Assembly (NCBI GenBank): GCA_963851265.1
Contig: CAWKNZ010000002.1
Span: forward strand, 1,536,001 to 1,600,000
Length of the DNA: 64,000 nt
Source of the DNA: an uncultured Gemmatimonadales bacterium
Lineage (GTDB): Bacteria; Gemmatimonadota; Gemmatimonadetes; Gemmatimonadales; Gemmatimonadaceae
Reading direction: 5' to 3'
The position numbers and the translations under genes are program-made. Below are positions 1-10,793 of this stretch, piece after piece; positions within the stretch are counted from its first letter, which is position 1; the number at the start of each line of letters is the position of its first letter. The notes below the pieces were generated by a model. It did not search any database, was not told where the DNA came from, and saw only the letters and a program-made list of their open reading frames with translations.

Positions 1-527
1 GGCGCCAGCGCGAGGAACGACCGGTCGTACTCGTCCGCCTCGACGACGAAGCGCTCGTGCCCCCCGAGGCGCAGGTTGCCGCCCCACGCGCCCACGCGCC
101 CGCCCACGACCCCGGTCGGGTCCAGACCGGCTGCCGCGAGTGCTTCGGTGGTCATCACGGTCGTCGTCGTCTTGCCGTGTGTCCCCGCGATGCCGATGGT
201 GAGCCCGCCCGCGACCGCCTCGGCCAGCGCCTCGGCACGACGGATCACCGGGATGCCCGCGTCGCGGGCCGCCGCGAGCTCGGGGTGCGCGCGCGGGACT
301 GCGGAGGTGACCACGACGGCCCGGGCGCCCGCGACGTGCGCCGGATCGTGTCCGGCCGCGACCGCGACGCCGAGCGCGCGCAGGTCGCCCGCGGCTTCGG
401 GGTGGGCGTCACAGCCCGTGACCGTGGCGCCCCGCCGCACGAACAGCTCGGCGAGGGCGCTCATGCCCGCGCCGGCGATGCCGACGAAGTGCACCGGGCG
501 GGGATCGGTCGTGAGGAGCAGCGGCAT
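1..527 (-). CDS. murC: UDP-N-acetylmuramate--L-alanine ligase (5' part; runs off the window)
   Basis: Manual translation from ATG 527: MPLLLTTDPRPVHFVGIAGAGMSALA...GTHGKTTTT...VVEADEYDRSFL, all MurC motifs; follows murG. Not in the ORF track because it is truncated. Confidence 0.95.
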   Translation of the reverse strand, partial: MPLLLTTDPRPVHFVGIAGAGMSALAELFVRRGATVTGCDAHPEAAGDLRALGVAVAAGHDPAHVAGARAVVVTSAVPRAHPELAAARDAGIPVIRRAEALAEAVAGGLTIGIAGTHGKTTTTVMTTEALAAAGLDPTGVVGGRVGAWGGNLRLGGHERFVVEADEYDRSFLALA

Positions 528-619
528 CGGGCGGCGCAATATGCAGGCACCCCCGGAACCCCTCAAGACGCGCGCGACCCGCCGGATCGCAAGTCCACCC
601 GCAGCCCGCCCGGTGTCCG

Positions 620-1765
620 TTACGTGCGCGACCGATCCGCCGAGGCGCGCACCACGTCGACCACGCGGCGAGCAATCCGGGCCGCCGCGTCGGGCCGTCC
701 GCGGGCCGACGCGGCAACCCGCATCGCGGCGGAACGCGCGACGTCACCCCGAAGCGACGCGATGCATTCGGCAAGCCGCGGCGCGCTCAACTCGCGCTGC
801 GGCAGCTGGACCGCCGCACCCGCGTCCGCCAGCGTTCGCGCGTTGCGCGTCTGATGGTCCGCAGCGGCGGTCGGCAGCGGCACGAGCACGCTCGGCAAGC
901 CCCACGCGCACAGTTCAGCGATCGTCATCGCGCCGGCTCGCGTGACGGCGAGATCGGCAGCCTCATACGCGCGAGCCATCGGCGCGAGGTACGGGAGCGC
1001 GCGTACCCGCCCACCGTGCGCTCCGTCGAGCGCGGCGTACGGCTCGAACTGCGTCCGTCCGGTAGCCCAGATCAGCGCCACACCGTCGGGCAGGCCGCCG
1101 CGCACCCACGCCGCGATCGCCTCGTTGACCGCGCGTGCACCCTGACTGCCGCCGAACGCGAGCACGACGTACGCGTCGGACGCGAACCCCCACGCGCGCC
1201 TCGCGTCCGCTGGCGCCGCGCGCCGCACGGGCGGGGGTTCGATGGGATTGCCGAACGCGTGCACGTGCGTACCCCGCCCCGGGGTCAGGCGCGCCGCGGC
1301 CTCCGGGAAGCCGAGGAACACCTCGGCGGCGCGCCGCGCGACAATGCGCGTGGTCGCGCCGGGGAAGCTATCGGCCTCCTGCAGCATTGCTGGCACACCG
1401 TGCACCACGGCATACGCGAGCGCCGCGCCCGCGGCGTACCCGCCCGTTCCGAGCACCGCGCGCGGCCGCTCCCGCGCGAACAGCACGCCCAACGCACGCC
1501 ACGCCGCCAGGCCGCCGGCGGCCGTCCGCCAGTTCTCCCACGGACGCTGCCGGTAGAGCGGGTGGAGGTCGAGCAGCAGATGCCGGAACTCCGTGGTCGG
1601 CAGCACGTCTCGCTCGATCCCGCGCCGCGCGCCCACGAACACGGGCTCGATGTCGCGGTCGAGCGCGACCACCGCGCGCGCGACGGCGAGCCCGGGGTAC
1701 AGGTGCCCGCCCGTGCCGCCGCCGGTCACGACGAGGCGGACCGGACCGGCGCCCGCGCCTAACAT
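620..1765 (-). CDS. murG: Undecaprenyl-PP-MurNAc-pentapeptide GlcNAc transferase
   Basis: GGGTGGH, GTGGY, GGSQGA, RAGAMT and DHQTRNA motifs; dcw context. Confidence 0.96.
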   Translation of the reverse strand: MLGAGAGPVRLVVTGGGTGGHLYPGLAVARAVVALDRDIEPVFVGARRGIERDVLPTTEFRHLLLDLHPLYRQRPWENWRTAAGGLAAWRALGVLFARERPRAVLGTGGYAAGAALAYAVVHGVPAMLQEADSFPGATTRIVARRAAEVFLGFPEAAARLTPGRGTHVHAFGNPIEPPPVRRAAPADARRAWGFASDAYVVLAFGGSQGARAVNEAIAAWVRGGLPDGVALIWATGRTQFEPYAALDGAHGGRVRALPYLAPMARAYEAADLAVTRAGAMTIAELCAWGLPSVLVPLPTAAADHQTRNARTLADAGAAVQLPQRELSAPRLAECIASLRGDVARSAAMRVAASARGRPDAAARIARRVVDVVRASADRSRT

Positions 1766-1781
1766 CCGGCCGCCGCGGTGC

Positions 1782-3068
1782 TCACGCCGCGGGCGTCGGC
1801 CTGGCGAGCGGGTTCGTCGCGCCCTCGCCGACCACGCGCTGCCGCTCGCTCCCGATGTTGACGAGGATCGCGGTCATCAACATCGACAGGATCAGGTTGG
1901 ACCGGCCGTACGAGATGAAGGGCAGCGTCAGCCCCGTCGTCGGCAGCAGTCCGATCACCACGCCGATGTGCAGATACGCCGTGAGCGACGTCATCGTCGT
2001 GAGTCCGACGGCGACGAGCTGCTGGAACCGCGTCGTCGCCTGCCGCGCGATGCGGAACCCGAGCCACGTGTACGCCGAGTACGCGAGCGTCAGGACGACC
2101 AGTCCGACGAACCCCCACTCCTCGCCGACGTTGCTGCCGACGAAGTCCGAGTATGGGAACGGGAGGAACCCGTACTGCTGCCGCCCCTGGGCGTACCCGA
2201 CGCCGAACAGCCCGCCCGACCCGACGGCGAGCAGCGACTGCTTGAGCTGGTAGTTCACCTCCGCACGCGCGTCCCCCGTGCCGAGGAACGCGAAGATCCG
2301 CAGCATCACGTACTGCAGCTTCTCGACCTCGCGCCAGAGGACGGGGACGCTGAGCACGCCGAGCGCGATGAAATGCCCGATGCGCACCCCGCCCGCGAAT
2401 AGGATGATGGCCATGATGAGCACGAACGTCATCGCGATCGACAGGTCCGGTTCGAGCGCGCCCATGACCGCGAGCCCGCCGACGACGACGAGGAACGGGA
2501 ACAGGCCCTTCGTGAGCCGGCGAAGCTGCCCGGTCTCGAGCTTCTTGACGAGCAGCATCGCCGTCCACACGATCACGGCGAGCTTCGCGAACTCCGACGG
2601 CTGAATCGATCCCCCGAGCAGGAACCGGCGCGACCCGTGGATCGGCGGTGCGATGCGGCGCGTGAACGGCAGCACCGTCAGCATCATCGTGACGTACGCC
2701 GCGCCCATGAGCGGCCACGCCCAACGCTTCCAGCGCTCGGCGTCGGTCTTCGCGATGACGGCGAACACCACGGCGCCCGCCGCGATCCCCTGCAGCTGAC
2801 GCCACAGGTAGTGCGCACTCGGCCGTCCCTCCTGCATTGCGACGATCGCACTCGCGCTGTACAGCACGACGAGGCCGAACGCGAGCAGCGTCGCCGTCAC
2901 GAGGACGAGCGCGCGCGCCTCGACGCCCATCTTCCAGCGCTCGCGTACGTCCGCCCGCGGCGCCGGGCGCGCCTCCGCGGCCCCGGGCGTCTCGTCGGCA
3001 CGCTGCGTCGAGCGTCGGTCGTACGCGCCGCTGGTGGCGGGCGCGAGCGGGGTGGCAATGGCGGGCAT
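1782..3068 (-). CDS. ftsW: SEDS peptidoglycan polymerase FtsW
   Basis: Multi-TM protein with SIQPSEFAK, EPDL and LPTTGLTLPFISYG; start placed at ATG 3068 (MPAIAT), just after the murD stop. Confidence 0.93.
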   Translation of the reverse strand: MPAIATPLAPATSGAYDRRSTQRADETPGAAEARPAPRADVRERWKMGVEARALVLVTATLLAFGLVVLYSASAIVAMQEGRPSAHYLWRQLQGIAAGAVVFAVIAKTDAERWKRWAWPLMGAAYVTMMLTVLPFTRRIAPPIHGSRRFLLGGSIQPSEFAKLAVIVWTAMLLVKKLETGQLRRLTKGLFPFLVVVGGLAVMGALEPDLSIAMTFVLIMAIILFAGGVRIGHFIALGVLSVPVLWREVEKLQYVMLRIFAFLGTGDARAEVNYQLKQSLLAVGSGGLFGVGYAQGRQQYGFLPFPYSDFVGSNVGEEWGFVGLVVLTLAYSAYTWLGFRIARQATTRFQQLVAVGLTTMTSLTAYLHIGVVIGLLPTTGLTLPFISYGRSNLILSMLMTAILVNIGSERQRVVGEGATNPLARPTPAA

Positions 3069-3106
3069 CGGAGGGCGGGGTGCGGCGGGGACGGGCGTGC
3101 GGCGGG

Positions 3107-4510
3107 TCAGACCGGCGAGGCGGCGAGCGCGCGGAACGCCGCGCCGCGCGCCTCGTAGTTCGCGAACATGTCGAAGCTGGAACAGGCCGGCGAGAGGAGT
3201 ACGGCGTCGCCGGGCGCCGCGAGTGCGCGCGCACGCGCACACACGGCCTCGAAGTCGTCTCCGTGCAGCTCGACGGGCGCGACGTCGGCGAGGTCGCGCG
3301 CGACGATCGGCGCGGCCTCGCCGTACGCGAGGATCGCGCGCCCGTGGCGCGCGAACGGCTCGGCGAGCGCGGTGTACGGCTCGCCCTTGTGCCGACCACC
3401 CAGGAGCAGCACGTACGGCTGCCGCATCCCCTCGAGCGCGACACGAGTCGAACTCACGTTCGTCGCCTTGGAATCGTTGATCCACGTCACGCCTCCGAAC
3501 GTCCCGACGACCTCCATCCGGTTCGGAAGTGCGCGGAACGTTCGCACGGCGGCCGCGATGCGCGCCCGCGCCTCCGGCGTGCGGTGCGCGAGGTCGGCCA
3601 CACTCACCGCGAGCGCAGCGGCCAGCGCGTTCGCGACGTTGTGATCACCCAGCAGCGCGAACTCGTCGCGGCCGAGCAGCGGCTCACCATCGAGAGAGAG
3701 GACGCCGCGGCCCCGGTCGTAATACGCGGCGGACGACGCGTCCCGCAGCGAGAACCTGAACGTCTCGCCCGCGAAGCCCTCGCCCCGCGGAAACATCCGG
3801 AGGTGCAGTCGCGACACCTCGGCGTCGTCCGCGTTCTCGACCCAGCGCGACTCCGGAGAGGCGTTGGCGTAGATCCGCGCCTTGTCGCCGTAGTATTCGT
3901 CGACCGATGCGTACCGGTCGAGATGGTCCGGCGCGAGGTTGGTCACGACGCCAACCGTCGGCCGTATCCTCGGCGTGTCATGCAGTTGGAAGGACGACAA
4001 CTCGAGCGCGGCCCACGCTGGGGGAACGGCGCGGAGCGCGAGCTCCGCGAGCGGCGTCCCGATGTTCCCGGCGTCGACGGCGTCCAAACCCAACGCCCGG
4101 AGGATGTGGCCGGCGAGCGCGGTCGTGGTGGTCTTGCCGTTGGTCCCGGTGACCGCGATGTAGCGGAGGCCGGGCAGATAGTACAGCGCGACCTCGATCT
4201 CGCCCACGATGGGGACGCCCGCGCCCCGCGCCGCGGCGAGCGCCGCCGCGTCGGGCGGCACGCCGGGACTCGCGACCACGAACGCCGCGCGCGAGATGCG
4301 GGTGAGATCGTGCCCGCCGGTCTGCACGTCGACGCCGAGTGTGCGGAGCGCGTCGGCGGCGACGCGCGTACGCTCGCCCGCGCCGGCGTCGGAGGCGTAT
4401 ACGCGATGGCCGTCGCGCGCGAGTAGTTCGGCGGCGGCGCGCCCGCTCTTCCCGAGACCGATGACTGCGATTTCGCCCGGCGCTCGACCGCGAAACACGA
4501 GACCGTTCAT
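3107..4510 (-). CDS. murD: UDP-MurNAc-L-Ala--D-glutamate ligase
   Basis: GLGKSG, TGTNGKTTT, ELSSFQL, DHLDRY, NDSKATN, LSPACSSFD. Confidence 0.97.
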   Translation of the reverse strand: MNGLVFRGRAPGEIAVIGLGKSGRAAAELLARDGHRVYASDAGAGERTRVAADALRTLGVDVQTGGHDLTRISRAAFVVASPGVPPDAAALAAARGAGVPIVGEIEVALYYLPGLRYIAVTGTNGKTTTTALAGHILRALGLDAVDAGNIGTPLAELALRAVPPAWAALELSSFQLHDTPRIRPTVGVVTNLAPDHLDRYASVDEYYGDKARIYANASPESRWVENADDAEVSRLHLRMFPRGEGFAGETFRFSLRDASSAAYYDRGRGVLSLDGEPLLGRDEFALLGDHNVANALAAALAVSVADLAHRTPEARARIAAAVRTFRALPNRMEVVGTFGGVTWINDSKATNVSSTRVALEGMRQPYVLLLGGRHKGEPYTALAEPFARHGRAILAYGEAAPIVARDLADVAPVELHGDDFEAVCARARALAAPGDAVLLSPACSSFDMFANYEARGAAFRALAASPV

Positions 4511-4529
4511 GCGCGACGCCGCAGCCGCG

Positions 4530-5681
4530 TCAGCGGAGCTTGAGCGTGCTGAGCGCGAGGATCGCGCACAGGATGCCGATGATCCAGAACCGCACGACGA
4601 CCTGCGTCTCGGGCCACCCCTTCAGTTCGAAGTGGTGGTGCAGCGGCGCACGCAGAAAAACGCGGTGCGTCTTGGCGTACTCCAGCCCTTGCTTCCGCTT
4701 GCGGTACTTGAAGACGAACCGCTGGATGATGACGCTCACCATCTCGCCGACGAACACGCCGCCGATCATCAGCAGCAGGAACTCGCTCTTCAACAGAATC
4801 GAGACCGCGCCGAGCGCGCCGCCGAGCGCGAGCGACCCGGTGTCGCCCATGAAGACCTGCGCGGGAAACGTGTTGAACCAGAGGAAGCCGATGCACGCGC
4901 CGAGGATCGCCGCGCAGAACACCGTCAGCTCCCCCGCCCCGCGTACGTAGAAGATGAGCAGGTGCGCGCTCGTGTCGATGCGGCCGAACAGGTATGCGAA
5001 GATGCCCAACGTGCCGGCGGCGATCGCGACGAGACCCGTGGCGAGGCCGTCGAGTCCGTCGGTGATGTTGACCGCGTTGCTCGCGCCGGTCAGCACGAAC
5101 GTCACCCACGGCACGTATAGCCACGCGAGCGCGGCCGTGGCCGGCGCGATCAGCACGTACTTGAAGAACGGCAGCGTCGTCGACGCTCCCGGGAGCGTCG
5201 ACAGCGGGACGAGCCACAGATACAGCGCGAGCGCGACTCCGGCGCTCACCTGCCCGGCGAGCTTGTAGCGCTCGACCAGCCCTTCGTTCTTCAGCCCGAG
5301 CCGCTTCTGTCGCAGCTTGAGGTAGTCGTCGAGGAACCCGATGCCGCCCATCCAGGCGGTCACGAGCGTAACGATGACCATGTACGCGCCGCCCCGGGAG
5401 TTGAACCGGCCCCACAGCATGACGGGCACGAGCGTCGCCGCGAGGATGATCAGGCCCCCCATCGTCGGCGTCGAGCCCTTGCCGGCGTGCGTCACCGGCG
5501 TGCCTTCCCGGACCACCTGGTTCACCGACAGATCGTGCAGGCGCCGGATGATGATCGGGCCGACGACGAACGCCACGAGCAGCGCGGTGACGAACGCACC
5601 CGCCGCCCGGAACGTGATGTAATTGAGCAGGTTGAACACCGTCGCGACGCGCGCGAGCGGCTGGAGCAGGTAGTAGAGCAC
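4530..5681 (-). CDS. mraY: Phospho-N-acetylmuramoyl-pentapeptide transferase
   Basis: TPTMGG, GFLDDY, NAVNITDGLDGL, VFMGDTGS, APLHHHFE. Confidence 0.98.
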   Translation of the reverse strand: MLYYLLQPLARVATVFNLLNYITFRAAGAFVTALLVAFVVGPIIIRRLHDLSVNQVVREGTPVTHAGKGSTPTMGGLIILAATLVPVMLWGRFNSRGGAYMVIVTLVTAWMGGIGFLDDYLKLRQKRLGLKNEGLVERYKLAGQVSAGVALALYLWLVPLSTLPGASTTLPFFKYVLIAPATAALAWLYVPWVTFVLTGASNAVNITDGLDGLATGLVAIAAGTLGIFAYLFGRIDTSAHLLIFYVRGAGELTVFCAAILGACIGFLWFNTFPAQVFMGDTGSLALGGALGAVSILLKSEFLLLMIGGVFVGEMVSVIIQRFVFKYRKRKQGLEYAKTHRVFLRAPLHHHFELKGWPETQVVVRFWIIGILCAILALSTLKLR

Positions 5682-5709
5682 GGCGTCGAGCGGTCGGTCG
5701 TGGGGCGCG

Positions 5710-7134
5710 TCAGGCGCGCGTCGCGCCGGCGGTCGCCCACGCTTCGAGAAAGGGAACGAGCTGCTCGAGCCGCACGCCGCGCGAGCCCTTGAGAAGGATC
5801 ACCGCGTCGGCCGCAAGTCGCGATTCGAGCTGCGGCCAGAGCGCGACCGGATCGGCCGCGGCGATCACGCGCGTGTCGTCGGGAGCCACGCGCGCGAGCG
5901 CGTCCGCGAACTCGCCGACCCCGGCCACCACGTCGACCTCGCGCGCGAGCGCGTAACGCGCGATCTCGTCGTGGAGCGCGACGCCGGACGCGCCGAGTTC
6001 GCGCATCGTGCCGAGCACCGCGACGCGCTGCCTCGGGGTCGCGCCGGCACGCCCCGCCGACGCGAGCAGGTCGAGCGCGGCGCGCGTCGACGGCGGGTTC
6101 GCGTTGTACGCGTCGTTGATCAGCGTCGCCTCGCCGAGCGCCGTCCACGCCGTCCGCATGCTCGGCACCGGCATGGTCGCGAGCCCGCGTGCGGCGTCCG
6201 GGAGCGGCACTTCGAGCGCGCGCGCCGCCGCGACGGCCAACATCGTGTTCCGCAGGTTGTGCGCGCCCCGCAGCGGCGAGCGCAGCTCGACGCCGTCGAC
6301 GACGATCGCGCCCGTCCCGTCATCCGCGAGCGACCACGCGTCGGCGCGAACGTCGCCCGCGTCGAGCCCCGCGGTGATCACGTCGCGCGCGCGCCCGCGG
6401 GCGGCGTGCGCGATCTCGGGCTGGTTCGCCGGGACGATCGCGAGCCGCGCCCCGTCGAACGCGTCGCTCTCCTCGCGGAGCACACCGGCGAGATCGCCCA
6501 GACCTTCGAGGTGCTCCTCGCCAATCGAGGTCATCACGACGACGTCGGGCTCGGCGATCGCGCGCAGCGCGGCGATCTCGCCCGGGGCGTTGGTCCCGAG
6601 TTCGACGACGGCCACGTCGGCGGTGTCGGGAAGCGCGAGGAGCGTGAGCGGCACGCCGACGAGGTTGTTCAGGTTACCCGCCGTCGCGTGCACCGCCCGC
6701 GCGGCGCCCAACGCGGCGCGCAGCAACTCCTTCGTGCTGGTCTTGCCGTTCGAACCCGCGACCCCGACCACGACGCGGCCGGGCCGCGCCCAGGCGCGGC
6801 GGCGGTACCGGGCGAGCGCGCCTAACGCCTCGCGCGTGTCGCGCACGGGGTACACGGGAACCGGCAGCGCAGCCGCGCGCGCGGCGTCGTGCACGACGAG
6901 CGCGCGCGCTCCGCGTGCCACGGCGTCGGCGAGCAAGTCGTGCGCGTCGTAGCGCTCGCCCACGAGCGCGACGAACAGATCGCCGTCCGCGACGGCGCGG
7001 GTGTCGGTCGCGACCGCGCGCAGGGTGCCGTCGCCGCGGGGCGGCGACGCCGTCGCGACGTCGGCGAGCGCCTCGCCAGCGCGGTCCAGCGTCCAGAACG
7101 CGAACGCCTCCGGCGGCGCCGATCCCCCGCTCAC
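5710..7134 (-). CDS. murF: UDP-MurNAc-tripeptide--D-Ala-D-Ala ligase
   Basis: GSNGKTSTKE, GNLNNLVGVP, INDAYNANP, LGTMRELG, LKGSRG. Confidence 0.96.
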   Translation of the reverse strand: MSGGSAPPEAFAFWTLDRAGEALADVATASPPRGDGTLRAVATDTRAVADGDLFVALVGERYDAHDLLADAVARGARALVVHDAARAAALPVPVYPVRDTREALGALARYRRRAWARPGRVVVGVAGSNGKTSTKELLRAALGAARAVHATAGNLNNLVGVPLTLLALPDTADVAVVELGTNAPGEIAALRAIAEPDVVVMTSIGEEHLEGLGDLAGVLREESDAFDGARLAIVPANQPEIAHAARGRARDVITAGLDAGDVRADAWSLADDGTGAIVVDGVELRSPLRGAHNLRNTMLAVAAARALEVPLPDAARGLATMPVPSMRTAWTALGEATLINDAYNANPPSTRAALDLLASAGRAGATPRQRVAVLGTMRELGASGVALHDEIARYALAREVDVVAGVGEFADALARVAPDDTRVIAAADPVALWPQLESRLAADAVILLKGSRGVRLEQLVPFLEAWATAGATRA

Positions 7135-8651
7135 GCAGGCACCGCCGAGAGTTCGCGAACGATCGCGGCCTCGTCGAACGGCAGCGACGTCGTACCGCGA
7201 ATCTGGTAGGTCTCGTGTCCCTTGCCCGCGAGGAGGACGACGTCATCGGGCGCCGCGATCGCGAGCGCGCGCGCGATCGCGGCGCGTCGGTCCTCGATGC
7301 GCTCGTGCGGGCGCGCGAGCCCCGCCGCCACGTCGTCGAGAATCCGCTCCGGGTCCTCGGTGCGCGGGTTGTCGCTGGTGATCACGACCACGTCGGCCCC
7401 GGCCTCGGCGGCGCGCGCCATCTCCGGCCGCTTGCCGCGGTCGCGGTCGCCGCCGGCCCCGAACACGACGATCACGCGGCCGCGCGCGAACGGCCGAACT
7501 GCCGCGAGCGCACGTGCGAGCGAATCGGGCGTGTGCGCGTAGTCCCGCAACACGACCGGCCGCGCGCGCAACAACTCGAGCCGCCCCGGCACCTGCGGCA
7601 GCGTCGTGAGCCGCTCCGCGCACGCAGCCGGGTCCATGCCTAACGTCCACGCCGCCGCCGCCGCGCCGAGCGCGTTCGCGACGTTGTAGTCGCCGACGAG
7701 CGGCACGCACGCCGCGTGCGACGCGCCGGCGGCGCGCAGCGCGAAGCGCGTCGCCGCGCCGTCCGCACGCACCGAAACCGCCGCGACGTCGAGTCCGCGT
7801 GCGGCCGCGCCCGCATCGTCTGCCGCGACGCCCCAGCGCACGAGGAGCGGCGCCGCGGGCAGGGCCGTCCACGCGGGGTCGTCAGCGTTCACCACCGCGG
7901 CGCCACCGGGTGCGATCGCGCCGATCAGGCGCGCCTTCGCGGCGAAGTACGCCTCCATCGAGCCATGGTAGTCGAGGTGGTCACGCGTGAAGTTCGTGAA
8001 CACCGCCGCCGCGAACTGCACCCCGTCCACGCGCCGCTGCTCGAGCGCGTGCGACGAGACCTCCATCGCCACCGCGCGCACGCCCGCGTCGGCCAGCGCG
8101 CGGAGCACCCGCTGCAGCTCGACGGGTCCAGGAGTCGTGAGGCCGGCCCCCCCGCCCAACGCGTCGCCCACCGAGCCGACCAGGACACCGAGGGTGCCGA
8201 CGGACGCCGCGCGCGCGCCCGGCGCGTCCAGCAGATGGCGGAGCATCGCGACCGTGGTCGTCTTCCCGTTGGTCCCGGTCACGCCCACGAGCGTGAGACG
8301 AGACGCGGGTTCGCCGTAGAACGCGGCGGCCGCGATCGCGGCCGCGCGTCGTCCGTCACGCACGACGAGCGTGGGGAGCGTCGTCGCGTCCTCACGCTCG
8401 ACGAGTGCGAGCGCCGCGCCGCCCGCCGCGGCCGACGCGAGGTGGCGGTGGCCGTCGTCCTGCGCCCCCTGGACGGCGATGAACAGGCCACCCGAGATCA
8501 CGCGACGGCTGTCGTCGGCGATCCCGGTAACCACGTCCGGCACCGCGCCCGTCGTCCCCACCAGCACACCGGCGCGCGCGAGCGCGTCCGCGATCACGGC
8601 CGTCCCGACCGGCACGGGCGCGCCGTGACCTTCCACCACGGCTTCGGACAT
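7131..8651 (-). CDS. murE: UDP-MurNAc-dipeptide--meso-diaminopimelate ligase
   Basis: TGTNGKTTT, MEVSSH, DHLDYH, DYAHTPD, DNPR (meso-DAP signature), LAGKGHE; ATG 8651 overlaps the ftsI stop. Confidence 0.96.
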   Translation of the reverse strand: MSEAVVEGHGAPVPVGTAVIADALARAGVLVGTTGAVPDVVTGIADDSRRVISGGLFIAVQGAQDDGHRHLASAAAGGAALALVEREDATTLPTLVVRDGRRAAAIAAAAFYGEPASRLTLVGVTGTNGKTTTVAMLRHLLDAPGARAASVGTLGVLVGSVGDALGGGAGLTTPGPVELQRVLRALADAGVRAVAMEVSSHALEQRRVDGVQFAAAVFTNFTRDHLDYHGSMEAYFAAKARLIGAIAPGGAAVVNADDPAWTALPAAPLLVRWGVAADDAGAAARGLDVAAVSVRADGAATRFALRAAGASHAACVPLVGDYNVANALGAAAAAWTLGMDPAACAERLTTLPQVPGRLELLRARPVVLRDYAHTPDSLARALAAVRPFARGRVIVVFGAGGDRDRGKRPEMARAAEAGADVVVITSDNPRTEDPERILDDVAAGLARPHERIEDRRAAIARALAIAAPDDVVLLAGKGHETYQIRGTTSLPFDEAAIVRELSAVPA

Positions 8652-10771
8652 CAGGGCTGCCGGTAGAGCGTGACCACCGCGCCGGCCGCCGCGAGCGCGC
8701 CGGCCGCGGGGACCGTGCGCAACGCCGCGCGCCCGAGTGTGCGCGCCGCGCCCGGGACCGCGCCCGGCATCCCCGGCGCGACCCGTGCGTCGAAGCCGGC
8801 GCGCTCCAGCGCGAACAGCGCGTCCCGGAGCGGAAGCCCATGTACCGGCGGTACGGTCCGCGGCGGCGCGGCGAATGCGGTCGTGTCGTGCGACGCGACT
8901 CGCGCCGTGCGCGCGGGCAGGTCGAGCACCACGCGGACGGGCGCGGGATCGACCGCCGGCGCGTCGGCGTCGCGCCGCAACTCGGCCGGTACGAGCGTCG
9001 TCGGCGCGGGCGCGGCCGAGTCGCGCACAGCCGTCGCCTTCGCATCCGTCACGGTCCACGGACGCGCCGGCGTCGGGTGAGGGCGGTACGCCTCGCGCGC
9101 GCGCGGCAGCACGTCGGGCGCGAGCGACGCGCGGTCGAGCGCCGCGTCGCGAGCCGCCAGCGCGGCTTCGAGCACGACCTTCGACACAGGCGCCGCCGTC
9201 TTCCCCCCGAAATACACGCCCGCCGGGTTATCGAGCTTCACGACAATCACGAACTGCGGCGACTCGACGGGGAAGATCCCGGCGAACACCGCGTTGTAGT
9301 GGCCGGCCGCGTACCCCACCCCGCGTTCGATGCGTCGCACCGTGCCGCTCTTCCCGCCTAACGCAAAGCTCTTCAGGTCCGCGTCGGTCGCGGTGCCGCT
9401 GTCGACCACGCTCTTGAGCATCGCGCGTACGTCCGCCGCGACCGCGGGCGGCATCACGCGACGCACCACGCGCGGCCGGTGCCGGAACTCGACCGTCCCG
9501 TCCGCGTCGCGCACCTCACGCACGAGCGCCGGCTCGAGCAGTTCGCCGCCGTTCGCGATCGCGCCATACGCCGCGGCGAGCTGCAGGGGCGTCGCGGCGA
9601 TCTCGTAGCCCATTGCGAGCGACGCAGGGGACTGCTTGGTCCACTTGTCCGGCGCGCGCAGGGTCCCCGACGCCTCGGCCGGGTACGGCACGCCGGTCGG
9701 CGTCCCGAAACCGACGTCGCGCAGCGCCTCGTACTGTTCGTGAGGCGTGAGGCGGCTCGAGAACTTCACGATCCCGATGTTGCTCGAAAACCGGATCACG
9801 TCGCGCAACGTCAGCGCGGCCGCCTTGTGGATGTCGTGGATCGTGCGCCCGTTCGTGGTCCACGCGCCGTCCTCGGTGTTCACGACATCGTCGAGCCGGG
9901 CCTTGCCCAACCGTAACAGCGCCGCCGCCATGAACGGCTTCGCCGTCGACCCGGGCTCGAACGGCTCCGCGATCGTCGTCGCCGCGGTCGTGCGCGCGTC
10001 GGCCCGCTGACTCGCGAGCGCGAGCACCTCGCCCGTCTTCGGGTCGAGGACGACGATGTCGCCGCCCGACGCCGACATGCGGGACACCGCGTCGGCGAGC
10101 GCGCGCTCGCAGATGTCCTGCAGCGTCCAGTTGAGCGTGAGCGCGACCGTGCGCCCCGGGCGCGCGGCCACCGACTGCACGCTCGGCGACTCGAAGCGGC
10201 CGCCGCGCGCGTCGCGCAGCAGCAGCGCCGTCCCGCGTTCGCCGCGCAGCACGCTGTCCAGCGCGAGCTCGACGCCGTCGAGGGGCTCCCCCGAGGGATC
10301 CACGCGGCCGACGATCCGCCGCACTCCCTCGGTCGCGTTCGACAGCCGGTCGACGACGGGAACCGGGTGCACTCCGCGCAGCGCGGTGGCCGCGGCAGCG
10401 TCGCTCGGCAGGTAGCGCCCCGGCAACTCGACCCACGCGCGTCCCGTGTCGGCGGCGCGCGCCACCCAGGGCGCGGGAACGCCCGCGGCCGTGAGCGCCC
10501 GGCGCAGCGCGACGCGGTCCTGCACCTCGCGCGGCGCCACCCGCAGCTGCACCAGCTGACGGCTCTCGACGAGCACCCGCCCGCTCGCGTCGGTGACGGC
10601 GCCGCGCGGCGCGGGCAGCGACGCGTCGGCCACCTGCTGCCGCGCCGCGCTCGTCCGCCAGCGCTCGGCCTGGAACAGCTGCACCTGCGCGGCTTTGACG
10701 ACGATCGCGCCGACGAACAGGACGAGCGCGCCGTGGACCACGGCGGGGCGGTCGAATCGCGGAAGTCGCAC
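8651..10771 (-). CDS. ftsI: Class B penicillin-binding protein FtsI/PBP3 with C-terminal PASTA-like region
   Basis: SxxK (GSTAK), SxN (SSN) and KSG motifs; N-terminal TM; start uncertain (GTG 10771 chosen). Confidence 0.92.
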   Translation of the reverse strand: MRLPRFDRPAVVHGALVLFVGAIVVKAAQVQLFQAERWRTSAARQQVADASLPAPRGAVTDASGRVLVESRQLVQLRVAPREVQDRVALRRALTAAGVPAPWVARAADTGRAWVELPGRYLPSDAAAATALRGVHPVPVVDRLSNATEGVRRIVGRVDPSGEPLDGVELALDSVLRGERGTALLLRDARGGRFESPSVQSVAARPGRTVALTLNWTLQDICERALADAVSRMSASGGDIVVLDPKTGEVLALASQRADARTTAATTIAEPFEPGSTAKPFMAAALLRLGKARLDDVVNTEDGAWTTNGRTIHDIHKAAALTLRDVIRFSSNIGIVKFSSRLTPHEQYEALRDVGFGTPTGVPYPAEASGTLRAPDKWTKQSPASLAMGYEIAATPLQLAAAYGAIANGGELLEPALVREVRDADGTVEFRHRPRVVRRVMPPAVAADVRAMLKSVVDSGTATDADLKSFALGGKSGTVRRIERGVGYAAGHYNAVFAGIFPVESPQFVIVVKLDNPAGVYFGGKTAAPVSKVVLEAALAARDAALDRASLAPDVLPRAREAYRPHPTPARPWTVTDAKATAVRDSAAPAPTTLVPAELRRDADAPAVDPAPVRVVLDLPARTARVASHDTTAFAAPPRTVPPVHGLPLRDALFALERAGFDARVAPGMPGAVPGAARTLGRAALRTVPAAGALAAAGAVVTLYRQP

Positions 10772-10793
10772 GGGACGTGAAATGCCTAACTGT